Origin: Octopus bimaculoides
Taxonomy: Eukaryota
Length of the DNA: 51,937 bases
Assembly: GCF_001194135.2 (NCBI RefSeq)
Contig: NC_068989.1
Span: forward strand, 66,949,549 to 67,001,485
Reading direction: 5' to 3'
The notes beneath the pieces were generated by a model, which searched no databases, was not told the origin of the DNA, and saw only the letters and a program-made list of their open reading frames with translations. Shown here in pieces: positions 1 through 11,757 of the stretch (the stretch's first letter is position 1; each line of letters starts with the position of its first letter). The position numbers were made by a program, and so were the translations under genes.

Positions 1-4
1 TAGT

Positions 5-390
5 GGAGGCGCAATGGCCCAGTGGTTAGGGCAGCGGACTCACGGTCATAGGATCGCGGTTTCGATTCCCAGACCGGGCGTTGTGAATGTTTATTGAGCG
101 AAAATACCTAAAAGCTCCACGAGGCTCCGGCAGGGGATGGTAGCGAACCATGCTGTACTCTTTCTCCACAACTTTCTCTCACTCTTTCTTCCTGCTTCTG
201 TTCTGCCTGTAATTCAAAGGGTCAGCCTTGTCACACTGTGTTACGCTGAATATCCCCGAGAATTACGTTAAGGGTATACATGTCTGTGGAGTGCTCAGCC
301 ACTTGCACGTTAATTTCACGAGCAGGCTGTTCCGTTGATCGGATCAACTGGAACCCTCGACGTCGTAAGCGATGCAGTGCCAACACACAC
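5..390 (+). mobile_element. tRNA-derived SINE, family A, full length
   Basis: A-box TGGCCCAGTGG and B-box GGTTTCGATTCC head, body nearly identical to copies at 10701 and 17019, CA/CAA-type tail. Left TSD falls outside the window. Confidence 0.9.
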
Positions 391-463
391 AACAAATATA
401 AATAAAAGTGAGTTTTTAAAAAAATCGTTCGATATTCACTGAAATAGTTAATTCTGATATATA

Positions 464-660
464 TTACTTGTTTCAACCATTGGACTGCAACCATGCTGAG
501 GCTCTGCCTTGAAAGGTTTAGCTGAACAAATCGACAACAGTACTTACTTTTAAGCCTAGTACTTATTATATAGGACTATTTTGCCAAGCCGCTAAGTTAC
601 AGGGACGTAAACAAACTAACAACGGTTGTCAAGAGGTAGGGGGACAAACACAGGCAAACA
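464..660 (-). mobile_element. SINE family C, 3' half
   Basis: Reverse complement matches the tail at 46625-46820 and the copy at 14942-15150. Confidence 0.75.
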
Positions 661-823
661 TACATACATACATACATATGTACACGCATGTAATAAAAAC
701 AGACGAATAGATTATATGTGCACGCTACAATGTTTCATTAAGCGATTTAATTGTGATGTAACATCGTGCGTTCAGTTATGTAAGATGTGCAACGTCTATA
801 AGATTATGAAATACGTTACAATA

Positions 824-1375
824 CACATTTTTCATTAATGTTTTACGTAGTGTTTTTGGTACGGAAAGACTTTCAAACTTCGTATACTTATCTATTTTGT
901 GTTATAGAACAGAAAAATATTTTTGTATTCGAATTTATTTCATGTAAAAAATTGTCTTATTTCGATAATTTCAATCAATCACTGACAAGTATTCAGTTGT
1001 TTACATTTACTCCTTTGGCTGATTAAGCGATGTAAAGCGTATTTAATCTCTATACCATCGTTTTATTTGCTTTTTTCATTTTAAATTTGCTTTAACCCTA
1101 ACCCTAACCCTAACCCTAACCCTAACCCTAACCCCAGGGTTAGGGTTAGGGTTAGGGTTAATTGTTTCAGAATCGTTTGTTTATGTAGTCGGCACTTAAT
1201 GAATATCGGCTGAATGGACGTCAGTGATTGGTTGAAATTACAGAAATACGACAACTTTAACATGGAATAATTTATGGATTTTTTTTTTTTAAGAAGACTA
1301 AGAGAAAAAGATGTTTTATATGACACATTCTACCAGTGTTCCAAGTTTCAAAGTGTTTCGTTAATGAAAAATGTG
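824..1375. mobile_element. Foldback/MITE-like palindromic element with central telomeric repeats
   Basis: Imperfect inverted arms about 824-996 and 1210-1375 (e.g. CACATTTTTCATTAA / TTAATGAAAAATGTG) around the telomeric array. No TSD identified. Confidence 0.6.
1093..1159. repeat. Interstitial telomeric palindrome (TAACCC)7-C-(AGGGTT)4
   Basis: Read directly from the sequence. Confidence 0.97.
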
Positions 1376-1754
1376 GCCCCCGTTTTAAAAAAGATCCCAA
1401 TAATCTCGCAAATCATCGGGTCAATCGTATGCATGTTGATATTTGATATGTTGTCAGATTAGCAAGTCTAACAACAATGAACATTCAAAGCTGGAATATC
1501 AGCAGTTCTATATGAAGTTAGGAGGATGTGTAACTGACTAATCAGAAATATGGGTAGTTCCATTAGGTTAAATAGTTGTATCTCTCTTAATTCTAATGTA
1601 TTAAATTTAGGGAAATAAATATACACCACCAATCTTAACAACCCATTTATCCTATTCTCATAACCACGCTATACAATATAATTTGATACAGCGTCTATTT
1701 CATGATTAGTGGCTGCAGCTCACTTCAAAGATTTTGACAGGTAAACTTGTATAC

Positions 1755-1958
1755 TGGCACACCATTGCTTACGACGATAAGGGTTCCAGTTGATCCGATC
1801 AACGGAACAGCCTGCTCGTGAAATTAACGTGCCAGTGGCTGAGCACTCCACAGACACGTATACCCTTAACGTAGTTCAGAGGGAAATTCAGCGTGACACA
1901 GAATGTGACAAGGCTGGTCCTTTGAAATACAGGTACTACTCATTTTAGCTAGCTGAGT
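1755..1958 (-). mobile_element. 5'-truncated SINE: family A tail joined to a CORE-like domain
   Basis: Tail matches 17030-17200, but the upstream junction is ACTCAGCTAGCTAAAATGAGT, as in families F/G. Confidence 0.75.
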
Positions 1959-2116
1959 CGCTGAAATGGTCGGAACCAGAAAATAAATATGATACGAGTA
2001 TCTTTTTATTTTCTTATGTCTTATTTTATATTCTGTGATTAAGGAAAATTTCCTGGCTGAGGTAATCGCCTGAAGTTTACAAATCTCCTTTTATGTAGCG
2101 CGCGCGTGTGTGTGTG

Positions 2117-2364
2117 TGACGCTGGAGTGAAGCACTTTGAAAGCAAACACAGGAGACTGGATGAAGAGAGGAGACGTCGTCATCAACCCCACCTCCAACT
2201 ATTGTTCGGGGTTAGTTTCAGTGCCCTCAGTGCCACAGGATCTGCCTATCTCGTATCGGTCTTGTCAAACACGTCTGCTCCCATAAGAAACGGTATGCTG
2301 AAGACAGAGGCGGATAAATGTTTTGGGCCGACGCTCTCATCATCTTTGATGGGATGTCATAACC
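2117..2364 (+). mobile_element. RTE-clade LINE 3' fragment (degenerate ORF2 C-terminus plus 3' UTR)
   Basis: GVKHFESKHRRLDEERRRRHQ, then after a frameshift FQCPQCHRICLSRIGLVKHVCSHKKR*, a C2H2-like terminal finger resembling the RTE fragment at 13856. Confidence 0.75.
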
Positions 2365-2376
2365 GTAAGTAGTAAG

Positions 2377-2407
<31 letters not shown>

Positions 2408-2483
2408 TCTAAATTATTCATTTGTATTGATTGTTTATATAATAATTTTTTTTTATCAGTAATAGTTCAGTAATATAGCTAAT

Positions 2484-2657
2484 GCGGCCACATGGCTCAC
2501 TGGTTAGAGCGTCGGGCTCAAAATCATGTGGCAGTGAGTTCCATTCCCAGACCAAGCTGTGTGTTGTGTTCTTGAGCAAGACACTTTAATTCATACTGCT
2601 CCTGTTCACTCAACTGTAGAAATTAGTTGCGACGTCACTGGTGCCAAGTTGTATCAG
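2484..2657 (+). mobile_element. tRNA-derived SINE family F, 5' part
   Basis: tRNA-like head plus GTGTTCTTGAGCAAGACACTT domain; matches the minus-strand copy at 41428-41746. Confidence 0.8.
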
Positions 2658-3089
2658 TAATATAACTAATGAAGAAGAACACGGTTACGGGACAAAAATC
2701 CTCAAGGTATTATGTTTTATCGATGATGTCATTAAAATGTGAAGAAAGTAAATAACCCGCTGGCGGTAAACGCGTGAGTTGCAGTTGTCATTTGATGGCG
2801 CATGCGCACCGGTGATTTAATAAAATATCAGCTGGAGAAATCAATTAAATGATTAAATAAAATAGTTTTATTCTATTAACCTCACTAAAATATTAAAACA
2901 ATTTATATAAATCTTTCCTTCACATTTAATTCACTTTAGATCCGATCTTTCAAATTATTTTCAACAAAAATTTAATTATTTTTACAAGTGTATATTAAAT
3001 GCATGGAATGTATGTTATTTCCAAGCATTTTTAAATACCAACTTCAACATCATTTTCAATATTACTAATTTTGATAGCACGGGTATATA

Positions 3090-4158
3090 CAAGGTGTTCG
3101 GGTTAAATTTGATGGCATTTTATATCTCCTCTTTCAATGAACAGCTTGATGTATTGGTGAACAGCCAACGACGTTGGAGAGCATAAAGGTTAATAGTTGT
3201 AGTTGAAAAAACAAGTTAACTGACACGGAGGACTGGAAGCCATCTGAATATTCTTTTCAAATTTTGGCACAAGGCCAGCAATTTCGGAGGAGGGGTAAGT
3301 TGATTACGTTGACCCCAGTGCTCAACCGGTACTTATTTTATCGACCCCGAAAGAATGAAAGGCAGTGTAGGCCTCGACGGAATTTGAGTTCAGAAGCCAT
3401 CTGAATATTGGAAAAGACTTAGACCTAACATGATGATTCGCGTCCGGTATCAAAGTGCCACATCATGACTCCTTTTCAATACTCTGTGAACACTATAAAG
3501 GTTGTAAGACGTGACATGGACAGCTACAATGGAGACTGCAAAGCCATGGCCATCAAGAAGGGACACAGCTGGTGTTCTGACTGCGTCCGTACGCCCAAAT
3601 CCATCCAACAACCTCCGGAACAGGGCCTTAAGCTCAATTCAGACGTCTATGTGAAGCTGCTGGAGACTAATTGATCAATCCCTGGCTGGAGAGGGTTGCT
3701 ACGGGAAGGCCACGTGTAGCAACTGAATTCAGCTCATTGCCACACCTCCGGAAAGAGTATGAATTAGTTGTCGGAGAATTGCTACGACTGCACCAGCCCT
3801 ATTGCATGGGCTCTTAATTCCTTCGATAGTAATCCCATGGATTATTGAGTGTGAAGTGCAGTTGAGAAGATACCAACCACTTTGCCTGTAATACCAAGGC
3901 TGAGCTGGTGGCCAACATGAAGGGGATGTTCGAAGATCTTCCCAGGAACATAATGATGAACGCATTTGCCAGGTTCTGGAACCGTCTTGAAGTTGTGATG
4001 GAAGCTGAGGGCAGCTACTTTCAGTAAACTGTTATTTCTCAGCTTTAATCTAGTTGATAATATTTTTTTTTTTTTTTTTTAATTCTTTATTTTCTGGATG
4101 GGATATTGTGCTTTCTTTTCCTTTTATGCAAACTATCAAATTTAACCCAAACACCCTG
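3090..4158 (+). mobile_element. Internally deleted Tc1/mariner element, DD37D (maT)-type
   Basis: 24-bp TIRs (22/24 match, CA(A/G)GGTGTT..), TA TSDs at 3088-3089 and 4159-4160. Decayed transposase QLNSAHCHTS...DSNPMDY has 37 residues between the second and third acidic positions. Confidence 0.85.
3253..3392 (-). mobile_element. 5'-truncated SINE family B nested in the maT element
   Basis: 17-bp direct repeat GAAGCCATCTGAATATT at 3236-3252 and 3393-3409. Confidence 0.9.
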
Positions 4159-5739
4159 TATGTTTACTCACATACATCTACACGCCGAAAGCTGAACATT
4201 TAGTTTTGGTTTTNNNNNNNNNNNNNNNNNNNNNNNNNNNNNNNNNNNNNNNNNNNNNNNNNNNNNNNNNNNNNNNNNNNNNNNNNNNNNNNNNNNNNNN
4301 NNNNNNNNNNNNNNNNNNNNNNNNNNNNNNNNNNNNNNNNNNNNNNNNNNNNNNNNNNNNNNNNNNNNNNNNNNGTGTGTGCGTGCGTGTGTGTGTGTGT
4401 GTTTGATATTTTAACACATTCAATAATAACTAAAAACACAGAAATTATAACATTTTCGCATTTAATACAATTAATCATCAATGCCTTATTGTTCAGGCAA
4501 ACAACATATAATGATTTTAACAAGAGCAAATTTTATTTTCATTATGGATGACTTTACTATTCTCAGCAACGTTAGTTTTGAAGTTGTTACATAAAACAGG
4601 AAAAAAAATGATGTTTGTTTATATTATTTCTGTTGATCGAGTTATGTTTAATGACTTCGTTATGTTATGCCTTGGGTAGCAAACTTTCTGATTCATGGCT
4701 ATTTATTTCATTGATTACATAACATAGCGGGAACAACACAAATAAAATTTAGAGAAGTAAAATATATTGTTGCATATAATAACATCATAAGATATTAAAA
4801 AAGAATAATTAAGAAATCATATAACATGCTCTCAGCTTGAAGATAACTAAATATTGCTATTTTGCCGTAACAAAATAGCAAGTGAAAATACACACTAATT
4901 ATAAAACAAATTATAAGAGTCAAAATGTTTGGTAATTTTCCTGTCGATGAAACTATCAGAACTCACTGAACGCGACTCTAAATTTTATCTCCATTTCCTG
5001 TCAAGTAGATGAGTACAAACACTGAAGAGAAGCAGCAGAGATGACACATAGTGAAGCTATGATTTTCTTCCTGCCCTTCATTTGTCAAGCTTTTACCCAG
5101 TGATCTTTATCCTGCGTGATGAGCAGTCGTTACATCTTTAATAGGAGCCTCAGCTCCTTGGAAAGCGGATGAAAAGTTTATGAGCTTCTCCCATACACTC
5201 AGAGACTGTTGCAAATATAGAACCGAGTGTTTGAAGAGCCTCAGAGGTACAACGTGTCAGGTGGGGAGTTCTAGATTGATCGTTAGCCTGAGAAACCACA
5301 AGCGTTTCATTTCCCCATTAGATGTAAACGTATACATGCAGAACAAAAAATACCTTCCTCTGCACGCAAAGGAAGTAAGGGATACCTTCATTTATGTACG
5401 CATCCGTTACCAGCTCTTCAGAATATTGATGTTACAATATACACTTTTATCGAGACTCTGCATGACAGTCACCCAATGTTTCACAAGGCTATTGACGCCT
5501 TATAGCAATTTAAGGTCCAGCAAATATCTCATTTTTCGGGGAAGGGGTGTTGCTTTTTTCTTTGTTTCTGTTTGTTTTTGTTTTGTTCTTGGTTGGTGGT
5601 GGAGGTACATAGCTTCAAAACTAATGTTGATGAAAACAAAAATGGCAACTTCACCCACAATGAAAATAACAGACGCTCTTAACATTATATGTTGCTTAGC
5701 TGAACGATATACCTTTAATGATTAAACAACGTATTATAT

Positions 5740-5962
5740 GAGATATTATAATTTGTATGATTTCAATTACTATCGAATATTTTACTACGTCACAGAAAAA
5801 CAAATATTCAGTTATCTTTGGTAGGAAGAAAGCTCTTTACAATTTCTTGGTTATTGTTGTATCTTAAGTTTATCATTATTTGCAGCAAATGAGAGATTAT
5901 AATTTGTGATTTCAATTGTTATTAAATATTTTACTACGTGACGGATAAACAAACATTCAGTT
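5740..5962 (+). repeat. Degenerate tandem duplication, period about 150 bp
   Basis: 5740-5812 resembles 5891-5962 (ATAATTTGT..GATTTCAATT..AATATTTTACTACGT). Confidence 0.7.
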
Positions 5963-6238
5963 TCCTTCAGTGAAAAGAGAATGTTTATATTGTTTCTTAG
6001 TGTTGTAATCATTATGTGCAACTTTTTCTATAACCAGCATAAGTTTTGTTTTGTTTCTATTGTCCATGTATATTGTTTGGAAACATTATGTTATGTTATG
6101 CTAAGGTTTCAATAAATTGTTATAAATGAAAACCCAGGTCTTTAGTCAAACCATACAATTATGTGGTCTGCAAACAACATATCTAAATCAACAGAAACAA
6201 TATTTACATCGGTTAAAGAAAATGCTGGATATAACGGT
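5914..6238 (+). repeat. Left arm of an approximately 330-bp inverted repeat
   Basis: About 95% identical by eye to the reverse complement of 7891-8225; one 11-bp indel. Confidence 0.9.
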
Positions 6239-6875
6239 AACATAACTAAGAATAACTAAGAAATGATACAGCACGAGTTTAATGTAGAGACTAAAATAGG
6301 GATTATGGGTAATCAATTAAAATTATATCTCTAACAAAAGAAAAACTCTTAGCGATGATTGCAATGACTGACAAAAAGAAAATCAGGAGAGACAACTCTG
6401 AAATCTAAATTGATTGAATACTGAATGGATGGATCATAGGCATCACCGTTCCTTCTCTCCCTGGAAGGACATTCTGTTCTGAATTCGATTCAAATGGTTG
6501 TGATTTTAGGTAAATACTGTAACAACACTGAACATGTTTTGAGTTTCACATAACGCCTCAGTAAAATGTTACTGGTAGATATTAGTTTTTTTCCGTCATT
6601 TAGTATTCGAGGAATATTTGAAGCCAAAACATTAACTTTATTATTACAATATTTATATATTTATATATTACAATATGCTAGGGCATCTGACAAATAGCCA
6701 ACGGCATTAAATTACGATTCTTAAAATATTCGGATCCCACCGTCAATTTTATCTTTGATCTATACAAGGCCGATAAAATAGAAAAACAGTCAAGTACTGT
6801 GATCACTTTAAGCCACTGATCCGTCCGCATAGACTTGTGACCTTGTGTGTATCATAAAAATTATTATTACATACT

Positions 6876-7013
6876 TGGCTTTGTGATTAAGGTATTCGGC
6901 TCACGATCATAATGTCATGAATTCAATACCTAGACCGGGTGGCGCATTATTTCCTTGAGAAGGCACTCTATTTCACGTTGCTCCAATCTACTCAGCTGAA
7001 AATGAGTACCGGC
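6876..7013 (+). mobile_element. Degenerate tRNA/CORE-like SINE head (family G)
   Basis: Decayed A/B boxes, then CCTTGAGAAGGCACT...CTCAGCTGAAAATGAGT. Confidence 0.65.
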
Positions 7014-7473
7014 CAGTTGCTGTGGCAACTGTGTTCCTCTTTCTTTCTTCTCACCCTCTCTTTTCCGCTCTTCCCTCTTCTCTCTCTCTCTCTCCATTCA
7101 ATTGGCATATCTTAAATGTGCCGCTGAGTCAAATGGCAGGAGGGTCGAAAGGGTGCCTATATCTGCTCGCGATAACATAGGCATCTAAAAGCACGGTACA
7201 TGTCACCAAGCCATACTCGTTCACATGTGACGGCAGTTTCTTTAATAGTGGTGAAACGACCGTGTAAATCAGCTGAGGAATTTTGCCATTCAGTAAATAG
7301 TTAATTCCAGGATTTAGGCCTGATGTCGAAGGTCAGAGTCTCATCCTCCAGTAGTCATGGAGCTTCTGAAAAAGAAAATGGATCATAGCCACCATTGTTT
7401 CTCCTCACCCTGAGCAGTTCTACCTCTGATACTTTGCTAAGTTTTTAGGCAGAACATTCTGTTCTAAATTCGG

Positions 7474-7587
7474 TTCAGATTTTGGTACAAAAAGGGGCTA
7501 AGTCGATTACATCAACCCCTAGTGCTCGACTGGTTCTTATTTTATCAACCCCGAAAAGATGAACGGCAAAGTCGGCCTCGGCGGAAT
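7474..7587 (-). mobile_element. SINE family B fragment
   Basis: Matches the reverse complement of the 22031-22246 copy. Confidence 0.75.
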
Positions 7588-7610
7588 GTACTTCTTTGAA
7601 ATTGATAAAT

Positions 7611-7862
7611 AGGCGCTGGTGTGGCTGTGTGGTAAGAAGGTTGCTTTCCCAGGTTCAGTCCCACTGCGAGGCACCTTAGTCAAGTGTCTTCTACTATAGT
7701 CTCGGGCCGACCAAAGACTTCTGAGTGGATTTCGTAGACGGAATCTGAAAGAAGCCCGTCGTATGTGTGTGTATGTATGTGGGGGGTCTTCATGTCTGTG
7801 TTTGTCAACCCATCACCGCTTGATAACTGGTGTTGCTGTATTTACGTTCCACGTAACTTGCC
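7611..7862 (+). mobile_element. SINE family C, 5' part with internal microsatellite
   Basis: GTGGCTGTGTGGTAAGAAG head and GGTTCAGTCCC B-box-like motif; matches 45773-45930. Confidence 0.8.
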
Positions 7863-7890
7863 AAGTATGTAATAATAATTTCTATAATAC

Positions 7891-8225
7891 ACCGTTATAT
7901 CCAACATTTTCTTTAACCGATGTAAATATTGTTTCTGTTGATTTAGATATGTTGTCTTACAGATCACATAATTGTATGGTTTGACTAAAGACCTGGGTAT
8001 AAGACGGTTTTCATTTATAACAATTTATTGAAACCTTAGCATAACATAACATAATTTTTCCAAACAATATACATGGACAATAGAAACAAAACAAAACTTT
8101 ACTGGTTATAGAAAATGGTGCACATAATGATTACAACACTAAGAAACAATATAAACGTTCCCTTTCCACTGAAGGAAACCGAATGTTTGTTTATCCGTCA
8201 CGTAGTAAAATATTTAATAACAATT
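7891..8225 (-). repeat. Right arm of the approximately 330-bp inverted repeat
   Basis: Reverse complement of 5914-6238. Confidence 0.9.
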
Positions 8226-8384
8226 TTCTCACCACGATAAAAAGGAAGCAAAAGATTAATGCAAAAAGTGAAATGAGTAAATAAGGGCGAATGAAAACGG
8301 AAAAAAAAGGGAAGAAAAGAAGCAAAATTAGAGTAGACGTCATAATTAGACTAGTTGTTGTAGAATAATTCAACAAAGAGGGGG

Positions 8385-8560
8385 CCAAAATCTGCGTGAC
8401 AGCTGAACAATTCGGAGAGCGTAGTGTCTTCCAGCTCGCGAAAAGAAATGTGTCCATAGGCTTGCATTTGCTAAAAAAAATCGAGTCTGGAAATAAATAG
8501 AATGGTGAACTTCTTTGATCTCAAAAGAATGTACGATCTTTCAGCTATGCATAAGTCGCA
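8385..8560 (+). mobile_element. Tc1-like transposase fragment, heavily decayed
   Basis: TIRRA...HRLAFAKKNRVWK*IEW resembles the Tc1 consensus RTVRRRL...RLAFAKKHRNWT.EDW that precedes the first catalytic D. Confidence 0.5.
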
Positions 8561-9093
8561 GTTTTAGATCCATTAACATGACATGTATTTCTCCATAATT
8601 CTCCTTTTCATTGTATGTGGTATGCTGTTGGTCTACAAACCCCATACGTGGCTAGCCCAACTTAGTGGATTTACTTTTGTCGGTGTGCTGGAAACAAAAC
8701 TGGTTATTTGTATGATGTTTTTTAAAATTGCTTTCGCATGAACCGATTTAATTTTTCTTTTCATTTACGTTATCTTGAAGCGTTACTGTGACTTCTACCT
8801 CATGGACGACAAGGTTTATCAAATATCCTGAAACCAGGCTGGTCTACTAGTCTAAATCGTTTGATGGTAGGTGTCTGATCTCCTGTTAGCGATATATCGG
8901 ACGCAGGTTGTGTAGTTAACCAGCTGAAGGAGGTGTTCTCCTGAGTTTAAAAAGAGTAGTAACGTCGTTCCGTACGAAACAGCCATATTGAAGTGGCAAC
9001 AAACATTGCTTTCCAGTCGAGTTACTATTTGCATCTCTTATAGAGATTTTAGAACTAGCTACTACTTTGCTTATGCACACACACACACACACA

Positions 9094-9132
<39 letters not shown>

Positions 9133-10194
9133 ACACACATTCATACACGCACACACATATATAGAATATCATTATGTTTACATGAGTGTTGACTTCATAG
9201 TTAACATTAATCAATGCCAACTGCAGGTAACCCAAGCCTCGATGTCTGTTATATTGGTTATTGGTTAAAGTCCATTATATTGACAACATTAACAATATAA
9301 GTTCAGCGTGTGGTAGTCACTGTTTAATTAATGTCGTGTAATTAATGATGTTAACAATGAGAACAGAGAAACATAGAAGAGTTGGAAAAGTTAAATTTTA
9401 TAAAATGTTGCAGGGTATTCTTTCTATTAATAGAAATTAAATTCAATAGTTTGATAATGAAAATTAACGCTAATGGCTATTTTAATACTGTCATAAAATA
9501 AAATAAAATAATATAAAATAAATGAAATTAAAATAAAATGAACTTCAATACAATATGAATACATTTTCTCTCAAGAATTGGTGTAATGTACCGTTTTATT
9601 GATTTCTGTGGCAGGACTGCGGCCATGCTGGGGCACTACCTTCACTGGTTTAAGTCGTACATATTTTCAGTGTGGCACTTATTTAATCGAATACGCTATA
9701 ACGAAGAGCAAGATGAGCATTTTTTTTATACAAAAGGGATGCAACTCCATACACTGGTTTACATCGTTCTGATTTTCAAATAGAACAAGCCATGTACTCA
9801 GAGCCTGTAGATTGCTTGGAGAACACAAGGCACGTTATAAAAGTTTGTCGCAGCGCTTGTCTTAATGGCAAGAAACTATTAGTGACTTATTTTAATACAG
9901 TGTGTATTAAATTATATTTATCTTTCACTGGATGGGGTACATTTTTGTTGATCTTATCTTAATAGAACAGTTAACATATATATATATATATGTTTATTTA
10001 TAAATCATTATCTTGATTCATTAGACTGCAACCATACTGGGGCATTGCCTTAAATGATTTTAGTAGAACAAATCAAATCGATCGAAGTACTTCTTTTTTT
10101 AATCTATTCAAGCATGTTAATTATCCTAACGGTCTATAAACCCTCAACAAAGTTTTCGTCTTCCATAGGCTATCAGATAGAGCGTATATACACA

Positions 10195-10510
10195 CTATAA
10201 GAATTCAGTGATTGGAGCAGCCGAATTACCTGCTCCTGAATTGAGGTTGCTAAATATTTCAGACACGTACACCCTTAACGTAATTCTCGAGTTGAATCAG
10301 CAGAATACAGCGTATGACAAAGATGTCCCTTTTGAATTAAATGTATAATCTACCTGATGGTCTTCTATACAGTTTCAGTTCTACACAATTTCGCTCACAA
10401 GGTGTAGATCGATCCAGTTTGTAAATAATGAGATTTTCAGAAAATGCCACACGCTAGAATCGAACCCAAGACATCGTTGTTGTTGAGCGTATTTCTTAAC
10501 CAATTGGTTA
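10195..10510 (-). mobile_element. Old composite SINE: family C-like head plus family A-type tail
   Basis: 10354-10510 resembles the C head; 10195-10340 resembles CAGACACGTACACCCTTAACGTA of the A tail. Confidence 0.55.
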
Positions 10511-10700
10511 ACGGGTCAATGAAACACAGTGCCAGTCCTGAACGATGCATTGGTGGAATTTTTAAAATGTCGGATAAGATGTTTTGCAATATTGATGTCG
10601 GTTCCTTACGTTCTGAATTGTTGAGTCGCCCAGCTTATCACTAACTCCTGACACATGAGCTTTTCGTTTCTAGCTTAAGCATTTATGTACCCGATCGACA

Positions 10701-11077
10701 GGAGGCACAATGGCCCAGTGGTTAGGGCAGCGGACTCTCGATCATAGGATCGCGGTTTCGATTCCCAGACCAGGCGTTGTGAGTGTTTATTGAGCGAAAA
10801 CACCTAAACCTCCACGAGGCTCCGGCAGGGGATGGTGGAGAACCCTGCTGTACTCTTTCACAACTTTCTCTCACTCTTTCTTCCTGTTTCTGTTGTACCT
10901 GTATTTCAAAGGGTCAGCCTTGTCACACTGTGTCACGCTGAATATCCCCGAGAACTACGTTAAGGGTACACGTGTCTGTGGAGTGCTTAGCTACTTGCAC
11001 GTTAATTTCACGAGCAGGCTGTTCCGCTGATCGGATCAACTGGAACCCTCGACGTCGTAAGCGACGGAGTGCCAACA
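10701..11077 (+). mobile_element. tRNA-derived SINE family A, full length with TSD
   Basis: Perfect 12-bp TSD ACCCGATCGACA at 10689-10700 and 11078-11089; A/B boxes; CAACAA tail. Confidence 0.95.
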
Positions 11078-11689
11078 ACCCGATCGACAATCGGCCATAT
11101 AAAAGTTCCCTCATTAACTCAAAGAACTACTAAACTCGTGATAAATTGAACAAAGAGAAGAGACAGCATGTCGGAAAGTTAGGGCTTGTATTGAATAGCC
11201 TTTTGGGTGAGAGTGCGAGGGGAATGTTTTCTAGAATGTTTGTGAGTATAACAGCTGTTCTTTCCCAATGATAGCAATAGCCTATTGTGGGTCGGATTTG
11301 TGCCTTGCAGAAAGTCGGCAATATCATTTTGAGTTGAAATAGTCATGGTACTGAAGAATATAAACTCTAACCCTTGGAACCTTCTTTTAGCGATGTTAAT
11401 TTTTCTTTGCATTTTCGGGAAAAAAAAATCAGAAGCATATTGTAAGACAAAATATGCAGGAACAAAATCTAAAAAGAAAAACGAAAGATTCTCGTTGACA
11501 CCGATATTTGACCTCATTTGATAAAACTTAAACTTGTCAGATAATAGATTTTTTAAAATCTTTTGTTCCACATAACAATCAACAAAAGCAATAAAAAAAA
11601 CCAATGAATTTAATCCAATAAAACAACGTACAGCTCTAGAGAGAGCTGAAGTCTAACAAAGAATTTGATAGTTGAGGTGTCACCAATAA

Positions 11690-11704
11690 TTATTATCATT
11701 ATTA

Positions 11705-11741
<37 letters not shown>

Positions 11742-11757
11742 CATTATTATTATTTTA
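11690..11757. repeat. (ATT)n microsatellite
   Basis: Read directly. Confidence 0.95.

Noticed and set aside
231-494. Recurrent ORF RLRRRGFQLIRSTEQPAREINVQVA (also 10923-11114 and 16882-17181)
   Set aside because: Antisense reading of the family A SINE tail; it recurs because the repeat recurs.
2240-2370. Apparent exon ending in a GTAAGT donor at 2365
   Set aside because: The sequence is better explained as an RTE C-terminus and 3' UTR.
4990-5085. Minus-strand MKGRKKIIASLCVISAA, like a type II membrane anchor
   Set aside because: Stops after 26 codons; no supporting domain or splice structure.
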